Part shown: positions 52,861 to 64,000 of the stretch, piece after piece | Layout of the letters: every line of letters starts with the position of its first letter | How positions within the stretch are numbered: the first letter of the stretch is position 1 | Origin: Octopus vulgaris | Lineage: Eukaryota | Assembly (NCBI GenBank): GCA_951406725.2 | Contig: OX597829.1 | Span: 8,494,001-8,558,000, forward strand | Direction: 5' to 3' | DNA length: 64,000 nucleotides | Translations under genes and position numbers: made by a program | Notes under the pieces: generated by a model | Seen by the model: the letters and a program-made list of their open reading frames with translations, nothing else | Told to the model about the DNA's origin: nothing | Database searches by the model: none

Positions 52861-54440
52861 CTATTCCATTTTCATTCTAGGTAGATTTTTAACTGCGTTT
52901 ATCTTGTTTGTTAATCTATCACTTTGTTTTGAGTAAGCCAATCTCGGGAAGATCATTACATTCTCTCATTTCGGTGAGTTTGACCTACAGTCACTCTGAT
53001 AGAATTTTTGTTTTTAGATTGTCAACTTCAGTGTCTATATTCCAGCTTCTGTTGAAATCATTCTGAGGTTATTCAGTGTCTGGGACAATTTCGTCGGGTG
53101 ATTCGCTTTGGGTATTCATTGTATTAAGCTCTACTTTAACGGTGGAAGGGTGCTCTGTATCATAATTTGCATCCTTATTTGGCCTGAACATGTAATTCAA
53201 TCTGTTGGATATCCAGGTGTGTAAAGATACTTTTTCCATGATATTCCTGAGAACATTATCTAAGACGAAGATGGACGATGTACATGAAGGATCTTTGGAG
53301 TTATCCTATTAATGGGGACTTTTATGCCTGTGTATTGTGAAGGGGTCAACAATCTTCAGCCTCTTCGATCCCAAATTGATTTGACTCTTAGAGATATATT
53401 CATGTCCCATACTAGTTATCAAGTGATTCAGTGTCCATTCTCTTTATTGAATATTTCCGATATACGGGGATATTTTTCGTATTGCCAAGTGGTGGAGGAC
53501 TTTCTAGTGGTCCCGACGCGTGACATATTCGGGAGTCAAGAAATCATGCCCTTCTTTACACCTTATCTCAGATTGCGACTCTTGTTTAAATTTATTTATT
53601 TATTTATTTATTTATTATTACGCCATAATATTTCTTGAAATTGTGTGAGTTTCTTACGATTGGAATGCCTTTCTGTTTGGTTTTTGGAGTGCCATTTGTA
53701 AATATGCAACTGTTTATTCATGTAGGTAATGCTGTTTATAACTGTTGATTTTTGTAGATGTAAGTGGGTACTGGAAATTCTGGGTCTTGTGTTAGCAAGA
53801 CATTTATGCAGTGCTGATAGTAAAAGTTAAGAAGTACAATTCCTATGCATTGTGCTTAATGTAGTCATAAGTAATAAGGGAAGCGGAAGTAGGAAAAACA
53901 GGATGGCAGACATACATATAATTATCATTAATCTATAAATAGATTCTATAGAAGTTAACAGGAAAAGAGAAGGACAAATGTATTATTTGCTATTTGATTG
54001 TGTTAGTATCGATGGTTCTGGTCAGTGCAGTCAGGAAAGGAAAATATAGGACTAATCGTAGATTTTGAGGACTAATTTGTTTTAATTACCGATAGAAAAA
54101 TAAATATATACATTGTTCCTTATTTATGTATTGGCTCTACTCTAAAACTTTCGTAGTTGTGTATCTTGTAAATATTTCAACTGTTCATCTTCTGCATTTG
54201 TTACCAGTTCCGGAGAATGTTCTGAGCTTTGAGGTATGGAGGTGTTCCAGATTTTCTTGGATATAAAAGAAAAATGTTCGCGTCTTCTAACAGCTAGCAG
54301 AAATAACATACTCACTGAGTCGTAATTTTGAATTTACTTAAAACGATGTTTAAAATAGATAACCAGAGATGTTTAAGAATGTTTTTAATGAAAAAGAGGA
54401 CGGTCGTTCGCATATTCCAGTAATCAGAAAAAATCAAATA

Positions 54441-54664
54441 CAGTAGTCCCTCGCCATATCGCGATTCACCTGTCGCGGTTTATTATTTAAACTTACGTCG
54501 ATTTCTCCGCAGTGTTCTTTTGTATTTATAATAAAATGAATATATGTAAACTATAAAAATAATTTTAAAATATATGCAGCACAGTACTGATTCTACTTCG
54601 CGGAATTTCACTTATCGCGGGGGTGGTTTGGAACGTAACACCCACGACAGTCGAGGAATTACTC
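54441..54664. mobile_element. pogo/Tigger-type MITE
   Basis: TA|CAGTAGTCCCTCG ... CGAGGAATTACTC imperfect TIRs; internal atcgcgg motifs. Confidence 0.65.
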
Positions 54665-54715
54665 TTATTTCTGTTCTTGTTGTTGTGGTTGGCATAGTCG
54701 TCGTCGTGATTCTTT

Positions 54716-54968
<253 letters not shown>

Positions 54969-54970
<2 letters not shown>

Positions 54971-55935
54971 TATGTTTGAGTTTTGCTTTATATTTGTACA
55001 AGTTGGCTCCAAGTCTCACCCAGAGACCTCAAGAGACAACAGGTTGGAAGTTCATGTTGTTGTTATGCCTAGTGTGCCATATATTGGGGGGGGGAGTTTT
55101 TGGTATTGTACTAATGAACGTCTAAAAAAATTTTTTTTTTTTTTTTTAAAAACCGAAAATTATGTTTGTTTTAAACCTTGAGATTACATAGAAAGTATTT
55201 TGCGTAGGATATGAGCAGTTCCCATGAGCACTATCTTTTGAATTTCGGCCTTTTTGGGGTTTCCTGGTATCTGAGTTAGGTAGCAATCAGCCCCTTTTGC
55301 TATCATTCCCAGGGCACCTATGACAACAGGTATTGTTTTAGTCTCCAGGTTCCACATTTTGCTGATTTCTATTTCAAGATCTTTATATTTGCTCAGTTTT
55401 TGGTAGGTCTTGACAGATACGTTTATATCGATTAGGACAGTCATATCAATGAGGAGGCATTTTTTTTGTCTGAAGTCTTTGACTATGATGTCTGGCCTAT
55501 TCGCGTCTATCTTTCTGTCAGTTTGAATGGTGAAGTTCCAGAGGAGTGAGATGTGGTCATTTTCAAGCACTGGAGGTGGATAGTGTTCCCACCAGTTTTT
55601 ATCGTGGGTCAAGTCCAGGCTTCTGCAAATTACCCAGTGAATATATTGTGCAGCTCTATCATGCCTGTTGAGATACTCTGTAGGCGCAAGAAGACTGCAT
55701 TTGGAGACAACATGGTCAATGGTTTCATTTTGTTGTTGACATACACGACATGTTGGGCTACTGCCGTTCTTTAATATGTTGGCCTGATAGTTTCTTGTTG
55801 GTAGGCATTGATCTTGAGCTGCTATGATAAACCCTTCTGCTTCAGATTTTAAGCCAGAGGCCATTAGCTATTGATGGGTCAGGGCTTTGTCAACATCTGC
55901 ATTATTCACTCTCTTTGGATATTTGCCATTGAGAG

Positions 55936-55936
<1 letters not shown>
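54969..55936 (-). mobile_element. 5'-truncated R4/Dong subfamily A copy within (TTA)n
   Basis: ORF 55184..55864: AAQDQ, CRVC...HVVSKC, RHD, RPDII..IDMTV..KLSKY. Confidence 0.95.
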
Positions 55937-56003
<67 letters not shown>

Positions 56004-56005
<2 letters not shown>

Positions 56006-56718
56006 TATGTTTGACTTTTGCTTTATATTTGTACAAGTTGGCTCCAAGTCTCACCCAAAGACCTCAAGAGACAACAGGGTTGGAAGTTCATGTTGTTGTT
56101 ATGCCTAGTGTGCCATATATTTTGGGGGTGGGGATGTTGTACTAATGAATGTCTAAAAAAAAAGGGTTTTTTTGTTTTTTTTTTCCTTAAACCGAAAATT
56201 ATGTTTGTTTTAAACATTGAGATTACATAGAGAGTATTTGCGTAGGATATGAGCAGTTCCCATGAGCACTATCTTTTGAACTTCTGCCATTTTTGGGTTT
56301 CCTGGTATCTGAGTTAGGTAGCTATCAGCCCCTTTTGCTATCATTCCCAGGGCACCTATGACAACAGGTATTGTTTTAGTCTTCAGGTTCCACATTTTGC
56401 TGATTTCTATTTCAAGATCTTTATATTTGCTCAGTTTTTGGTAGGTCTTGACAGATACGTTTATATCGATTGGGACAGTCATATCAATGAGGAGGCATGT
56501 TCTTTGTTTGAAGTCTTTCAATATGATGTCTGACCTATTTGCATCTATCTTCCTGTCAGTTTGAATGGTGAAGTTCCAGAGGAGTGAGATGTGGTCATTT
56601 TCAAGCACTGGGGGTGGTTTGTGTTCCCACCAGTTTTTTTCATGGGGCAAATCCAGGTTTTTACAGATTACCCAGTGAATATATTGTGCAGCTCTATCGT
56701 GCCTGTTGAGATACTCTG
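56004..56718 (-). mobile_element. Second tandem R4/Dong subfamily A copy with a shorter 5' extent
   Basis: Highly similar to 54969-55680; (TTA)n on both sides. Confidence 0.95.
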
Positions 56719-56734
56719 TATTATTATAATATAC

Positions 56735-56810
<76 letters not shown>

Positions 56811-56827
56811 ATTATTATTATTATTAT

Positions 56828-56870
<43 letters not shown>

Positions 56871-56872
<2 letters not shown>

Positions 56873-57349
56873 TTAACACTTGGTAGTTTCAGGCAAATTT
56901 CTTTTGCATCGCCTGCTACACCTCCGTGGTGCTGAGTTGCGTGCAACATAGTGGGTTCTTTCTTATTGTTGGGTGTGCGACGTCTCTTCCTGGTATTGTA
57001 TTACCGCAATTTCCATTTCTTATGTGGTTCCTATTGCAGTCTTCTGTTGTATTAATGTTTGTATTGCTTGTTGTATGTGTAATGTTTTGGATATCTAGCC
57101 TGTTGGTGGTAGATTATTTCAATGGATACTTGGTACATAGAGTATGTATTGTGTTTGTAGATTGCATTGTTTGGGTTGTACTAACGAATTGATAGTGTCT
57201 TGCGTAGAATATGGGCTGTTCCTAGCAGGGCTATTTTTTCTCGTTTTGGATTGTGTGCAGCGTTGAGTGTCTAGGTGTAGCTTCTACGTTTTTGTTTATA
57301 TGATATTTTGTCATGCCAATTGCTCTAATTATTACTGGTATTGTTTTGT
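56871..57349 (-). mobile_element. 3' end of another R4/Dong subfamily
   Basis: KTIPVIIRAIGM...KIALLGTAHILRKTLSI; distinct 3' UTR ending in (TAA)n. Confidence 0.8.
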
Positions 57350-58885
57350 TGTACAGTGAATCTGCATACCCCTCCGGGTAAATAGTGGTTATACATAAGT
57401 AGTTATAAATAGACCAGTAGCCGGTCGTCAAGAGAGGGTCGAGAGTCGAAGAGTTCAGAGTTGACAGTTCTAGTCAGTTAGTGGAGTTATCAGCGATAGT
57501 AAAACAGAAGTTAGTGTATTATTATTCCGATACGAAGAGATGAGAAAATGAATGAGACAAAATAATGAACTAAATTTTCCCCAAAATCTTTCGGAAGGTT
57601 TAGGCTGTTGCACAAAAACAAAAGCAAGGGGTGCTATCAAAGAAAATTCAACACCTATTTACAGGGCCAAACGGAACGTGCCGTTTGCGGCGGCAGACCA
57701 GGTCAGTACAAGAAAGGTTGGAGAGCTTGAATATCATTGAAAATATTGACTGTGCGCCCTGGGCAGCACCAGCGGTCTACGTAAAAAATAATAATAAGCT
57801 AAGAGTGTGCGCAGATTTTTCAACTGGATTAAACGACTGTTTACTCACATACAACTGCTCACTACCAAGCCCAGAAGAAGCATTTGCTAAACTAAATGGA
57901 GGGAAAATTTTCTCGATGTTAAACCTCTCAGAGGCATACCTTCCAGCATTCCTAGCATTGGTAAATTATTACCCAGCTTATATCCCAAATATACATAAGG
58001 TAAGGCACCACGTAATGAATTACTTACAAAAAAGTCAAATAGGTTTGGACAGAGAAATGCCAGAAAGCATTTGACGAGTAAAAAGATGCGTTAACTTCAG
58101 ACTTTTGTCTTACGCATTTCGACCCAAATTAGAGATAATACTAGCTACAGATGCTAGCGAGTATGGGGTAGGAGCTGTGCTCCTACAAAAGGATAACGAT
58201 GGCGGGAGAAAGGCTATGGGGCACATATCAAGTTCTACAGGTTCATTCATGGCAGACGATTTGGGTTGCAAATGGATCATAGACCACTAATAACGATATA
58301 TGAAACCTAGAAAGGAATAGCGACAGATATGTCAACAGACTTCAGCGGTGAGGTATCATTCTATTAAACTACAATTATAGAATGGAATATCTGGCTTCAA
58401 AAATGTTGGGACTGTCTAGGTTAATTCCGAGAAATAATGAGCAGCTGGAGGACACCGTAATAGCAGCGCTAAGAGCGGGAGCGGAAAGAAAAAAGTGGTG
58501 TGGAACGTTGTGCGTGAACTACCAGTAACTTTGGAAAAAATAAAAAGAAATAATAAAAAGAAATGAAAAAATTCATTAATGAGACAAAAAAAAAGAAAAT
58601 TGTGGTCGACAAAAGGAAATAAAGAAGGGTCTGATGCAAAGAACTGCGTGAACTCTATATGTGATGGTGTACAAATGTACGCTCAGAGGGCGGTCATACC
58701 ACAGACATTACAGAAGAGAATGCTAAAAGAGTTCCATTTGGGACGCTCAGGCGTCTCTAGAATGAAAGCGCCGATGCGAAGTTTCGTATACTGGCCAAGA
58801 GTGGACAAGGAAGTTGAAAACCTGGTAAAAGGCTGCAGAGGATGCGCACTGTCAGCGAAACTACCTGCTGAAAAATGTGATCCTT
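57350..58885 (+). mobile_element. Internally deleted Gypsy (Ty3) LTR retrotransposon: LTR-like start, RT, RNase H and integrase Zn domain
   Basis: TGT start and TATAAATA; WAAPAVYV..LRVCADFSTGLN, LATDASEYGVGAVL, DHRPL, RMK..RSFVYWP..LVKGCRGC. Confidence 0.88.
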
Positions 58886-61750
58886 GACCGGAAGGCCAGA
58901 GATCATTCTTAAATAATTTTCAGTTCCTTTTTCGATCCTTCCAAATGCTCCTACAATCACTGGTATTGCAACCGCCTTGAGATGCCACATCTTTTCCATT
59001 TCGATTACTAAATCTTTATATTTTCTGAGATTATCAAATTCTTTTGCCGAGATATTATAGTCACATGGTGTGCTCATGTGAATCAATAAACAGACTTTAT
59101 TGTTTTGGTCTTACACAACAATATCTGGTTTATTTGCTTTGATGATCCTGTCTGTACATACTGGAATGTTCCAACGAATCGTTACATTTCTCTCAGTCAC
59201 AGCCTCAGGGTGGTGCTTGCACCATTTGTCAGCAGTTTTGATTTTATAATGCTGACACATTATTCAATATAGATATTGGCCAACTCTGTCATGTTTCGAT
59301 TGGTATTCTTCAGGTGCCAGAACCTTAGACTCAGAGATTAGGTTGTCCACTATTTCAATGCCATCTTTGCAGTATATGACTCTAGCAGCTTTTAGTAAAC
59401 TTCCTTCACTATTACCTACATAATAGGAGTCTATATCTACTCTAACTCCACGCAGTGTTCTACTGATATTAACCCTCTTTCACCTTACTTTCTAGGTAAG
59501 TATAATCTTATTACTACTGACCTTAGGTGGAGTCCTCCATTCCTTCCTAGTTTTTCTGTCTAGCTTTGCTAATTCAGTTTTTGTCAAATCTACAAAGTTG
59601 CTGAGTATATAAGTAATGATACCGCCCAAATATTTACATTCTTCACAAGATTTGGATAATTTAACTTTGACTTCATTAGCTTCCACACCCTTCTAATGCA
59701 TCCCTTCTCAATTTTCGTTTTCATTTTTGTAGTTAGTACTTTGTCAGATTCTAATACTCCTTGATACTTATAACTCTCTCCTCCTTTCAATGAATTTAAT
59801 GTCTGGTCATCTGGTAATTGGATGCCTTCAGTGTTGACTACTTGTTCCCTTCTCATGACTAATATTCCACACTTATCTAATTTTCCCCTTACTATTTCTG
59901 CCTTCCATAATACTAAACTGAGGGTATCAAACATCAGACAAACATTAAAGCGGACAACGAGTCCGCTTGGAAAATTTCTCTATTGATATTAACTTTTCCT
60001 AAGAGTTTGTCACCTGAGTAGAGATCTACTTTCCATTTCTTCATGCTAACACTAATTAATTCTCTTATTTTGTCTGCTACACTGAATATACTGAAACACT
60101 CTCTTATCCAAGAGCGTGGGATCATGTCATAGGCTTTCCTATAATCTATCCATGATACAGTTAGATTTTTCTTTCTAGCTTTTACTTCATTTAGAACTGC
60201 TTTGTCTCCATGTAATAGATCATGCGTTCCTCTGGCCTTCTTCATGCAACCTTTCTCTTCTTCTGGTAGTAAATTCTAGTTGTCAAGGTGCTCATAAACG
60301 CATTAAGAAAGCATTCATGTTAACAGCTTCCAAACTAATGATAAGTAAGTGATTGGTCTATAGTTGCTGGCTATATTATTCTTGATCTTATTTTTCGTAA
60401 TCAGTATTGACCTCACTCTAGTCATCCAATCTGGTATTATTCCTCCATTAAGGCAACCCTGAAGTTGTTCCTTCAGCCTCCTATGCAAACTACTAAATTT
60501 CTTTAGCCAGTACTCATGAAATAAACCTGGTCCTTGCAATGCGGCATTTTCCCTAACACTTTACTCACTAATGTACTAGTTAGTCTTACATCTGGCTGCT
60601 TCTCACTCCCTATCTCTTTCCTCACTTTTTTAACCATACTGCATCTCCACAATGATTGACTGGTTTATCACAGATATTACTCCAGAACTTTCTAGCTTCC
60701 TCTGCATTGGGTCTCTCATCTTCAGTACTTCGTTCTCCACTATTCATTTGGGTATAAAATCTGCTCTGGTCTGTCTCAAATATCTATTCTTTTGATACTG
60801 ATCTATTCTTTTCTGATATCTGAAGAGCTTACTTGCTACTGCTATGATACGCTGTTTCAACTCTTCTGTTACTGTCCCAAATCCTTTCTCTTTGACTTAA
60901 TATTTTTTCACAAGGAAAGATTTGCATCTTGCGTTTCCAGACTTATTCAGTTTCCATGCTTCTATTCTATTCAGATCTTGTCTTAAAGTCTTCACTTTAT
61001 TTTGTAGTCTTCTTTTCCACATTTGCTCTTTTTTAATCTTTTCCTGTGAGGTAGCTAACCTTCTAGTAACTACAGCCACTCCTGCATAGATCAATAATAT
61101 GTATGTAGTATCTATCCTGCTGATGACAGAATCTACTTTCCTAATCATTTCTCGCAGTTCCCTTCTGTAGATGTCTTTTAGTGTTGGCAATCATTTTCTT
61201 ATTTCTTTACTCATTACTTCCTGAAACTCATCTAAAATCTGCTTTGCTTCACTTAAATCATTTAAGTCACTGGTGCCAGTTGTCCCTTTCTTATTAGTAG
61301 CGCAATTATTACTATTGCCTTTCAGTTCTTCTTTGATTTAAGCTGTATCATTTATGTTGTTGCCAAGTCTTTCTCTTCCAGTTCTCGTGATCTCTTTTAC
61401 CTGCAATGCTGTCATGCACTCTCTTCTCCTAATAGCTTTAGCTTGATCTCCTAATCTCTTTTCAGTTACTTTAAACATAACCTCTATCCAAAGTGTTAAC
61501 ATCCGGTTTCTATAGACCTTTCTTTTAGGTTCACTTTCTATGTAGCACTTCATCACAAACCTGTTTTCTTCTCACTCAATTATTTGCTGACGTTGTACTA
61601 GGATAACAACTGTGGTCAGTCTGCATCTTTACTGAACCCCTACCGAGCGAGAGGCCTTCCTTTAAATGTCCAGCTTCATTTTCGCTCTTACAGCCAGAGT
61701 TTCTTCGAAAACCCATGTCTCTTATAAAGTGAGGTAAAGTAACTTTCGAC
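58886..61750 (-). mobile_element. Degraded, near-full-length R4/Dong-type LINE
   Basis: Myb-like VMKCY..RMLTLW..RLGDQAKAI, NYRPITYL, WIDYRKAYDMIP, IFQADSLS, HDRVGQY, KPDIV, KYKDLVIE. Confidence 0.9.
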
Positions 61751-62629
61751 AGCAGCGTCATCACCACTATTATCTTTTGATAATTTCAAGCAACTTTCTA
61801 CTGCATCATTTGTTGCACCTTTGAGCTGATGAAGTGGTGTGTGCTGCATTTATTGTGGGGTTGGAGGATATATTATTGTATCAGTATGTTTTGTTATGGG
61901 TTTGGTTTGAGTCTTCTGCTGTATTAGTTGTGTTCTTCTGTCGGGAATCGGCCTTCTATTGCACGTGATGTGGGCGTTGTTCATTTTGTTGGGTATTTAT
62001 TGTATCAGTTTATTGATGTATGTTTTCGGATGAGTGTGCATAAAAGTCTGTATAAATCATAAATCAACTATTTCATTGTATTTATGTTTATCTGTCCACC
62101 GTTCTTTCTCTTTCGGTTGGTTTTCTTATGGGTTCATTTTTACAGCGTTTACTTTTTTAACTGAACTCCACCCTTGGACATGTGTTACTGTTTCTTTCGT
62201 AGTTATAATTGTTATTGATGTATCAGCGAGAGACTAAGAAGAAACATCAATGTGCATATATATGGAGGTCTTATATAAATATGGATGTATATGTTAAACT
62301 AAATTAAAAATGTATATGTTTAAGACTTAAAAATATACTCGCAGACTTGCGGTTTTCGTATAGAAATGTTGCAGTGTTTACATTTTGATTCACATATTGC
62401 TGTCGAAGGGGAAGCTTTTTTTTGTATATATATACTCCATATACGAAAAATCTTTCAGCTTCCTGAGATGGTTTACATTAATTCTTTCTTTGATATTGGG
62501 GTTTCTTAATTCCTGCTTCGTGATGGTTTCAGATTTGATATATCTTCCCGGCAGCTCGCTGTCACACGTCCATGCGGTATTATTACTATTATTATTATCA
62601 TCATTATTATCATTATTATTGTTGTCATT

Positions 62630-63175
62630 GTTGAGTGAGAGAGGAGGGGCACATACCATCAAAGTGAAAGTGGGGTGCAAATATACGAAGCCCAATATGC
62701 CCATCATGACTACACGAATGATAAGTGTACACCAGGCACATGCACCAGAAACATATGTTCATGACATGGTGATCTTATATCAAGATAAACAACGCATAAC
62801 ATTGCAGGTGGGGGCCTGGCTAGAATTTTTTCAGGTTGAGTAAAGGTCCTTTAAACAAACTCTGAAAAAGGTTTCTTTAAATATATTGAATGAAACACCC
62901 ATGATTCCAGAGGTTAAATATCCAAACTCCAAAGAATTCCACTCAACACATGGCTATGATGCTCCCCACTACTTCTGCTCGCGATCAGAGATGCACGTAT
63001 CGTCAGCCACTAAGGGACATGCTCAATAGGTTATGGTCAAACAATTGACAAGCAAATCTGTGGTATTGAGCAGAATATTTACTGTAGCCCAACTTTTATA
63101 CCAAGACAAAACATGTACATGATAACACTTCCAATCAGTTAAGATCAGAAGCCACGAGAGCCACTGCCTGGTGCT
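62630..63175. mobile_element. About 545-bp non-coding interspersed repeat (SINE-like) between triplet arrays
   Basis: Higher-complexity block with no ORF, bounded by (TTA/TCA)n and (TGA/TAA)n; single copy here, so repeat status is inferred. Confidence 0.45.
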
Positions 63176-63177
63176 AT

Positions 63178-63196
63178 AATGATGATGATGATTATG

Positions 63197-63288
<92 letters not shown>
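63178..63288. repeat. (TGA)n/(TAA)n array
   Basis: Read directly from the sequence. Confidence 0.97.
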
Positions 63289-64000
63289 TTAACTTTACTT
63301 GAAAAGAGAATTTCTAACAGTACACCGAATCGCTTGTCCAATGGTTATACAGGAAGCGCGCCCGTCAGGGGGCTGCCAGCCTGATGGCGAAAAATGTTCA
63401 AATGGCAGAATATCTTCCCCGAATACGAACCTGATTTGTCCCAAATTAAGCCCCCAAAGTTCACCACCACAACGACCAGAAAATCATAAAAGTAAAAGAA
63501 CTAAATGGAACCGGGAAGAATATAAAGAAGTAATATATGCTTATTACTTTGCATTAAGTAGGCCAACCCAAGAGAAACATACCGCAAACTCCTACAGAAT
63601 TTGGAGGAGCCGGAATCCAGCTGGCAGACCAAACATGGATGAAAACAGATTAGCAAATGTTAGAAGAGATATCTTCAGAAATATCAGACTCACAGATGCA
63701 GAATTAACCTCTATTAAAAAAGTGGTAGAGAATGACCTAAATGTAAGTCAGAAAGAAATAACGAAGCTGAGGGGAGGAATGTTGGACCACAAGCATTGAC
63801 GGAAAGGCGACCATCTGCCGAAACGACTCAAGATCTTGAAGAAAAAGGAAAATATAATGACCCTAGAAAAAACAGCCCAGAAAATGATGTCGAAGCAGAA
63901 TTTGAAGACCACATGTTTGTTGAACAACACAGAAAATCTATCATTGAAATGAAGCAAGAAGTTCTGAATGAGCTTGCAGTTGTAGGGCATACAACTATGA
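63289..64000 (+). mobile_element. 5' end of an R4/Dong-type LINE with an N-terminal Myb-like domain (runs off the window)
   Basis: KRTKWNREEYKEVIYAYY...YRIWRSRNP...ENRLANVRRDIFRN..LTDAEL; starts immediately after (TAA)n. Confidence 0.85.

Noticed and set aside
53000-54150. Possible further PLE remnant on the minus strand (RVGTTRKS)
   Set aside because: Too degraded to support a call.

Overview
AT-rich, microsatellite-dense animal genomic DNA. It is most likely a cephalopod (Octopus-like), inferred from the repeat landscape and not verified. I can support no host protein-coding gene; most listed ORFs are translations of (TA)n/(TAA)n/(CATA)n tracts. The window is a graveyard of transposable elements. 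It holds about ten R4/Dong-type (restriction-like endonuclease) LINE copies from several subfamilies, most docked in (TAA)n triplet arrays. It also holds Penelope-like elements, including a near-full-length Naiad-type copy with an inverted terminal repeat and an in-frame TGA at a zinc-finger cysteine. Other elements: RTE LINE pieces (one with three C2H2 fingers), a Gypsy fragment, a gag/ORF1-only element, non-autonomous Helitrons, tRNA-derived SINEs, a MITE, foldback palindromes and a 0.7-kb tandem duplication. Boundaries were read by eye and are approximate unless a TSD or terminal motif is quoted.
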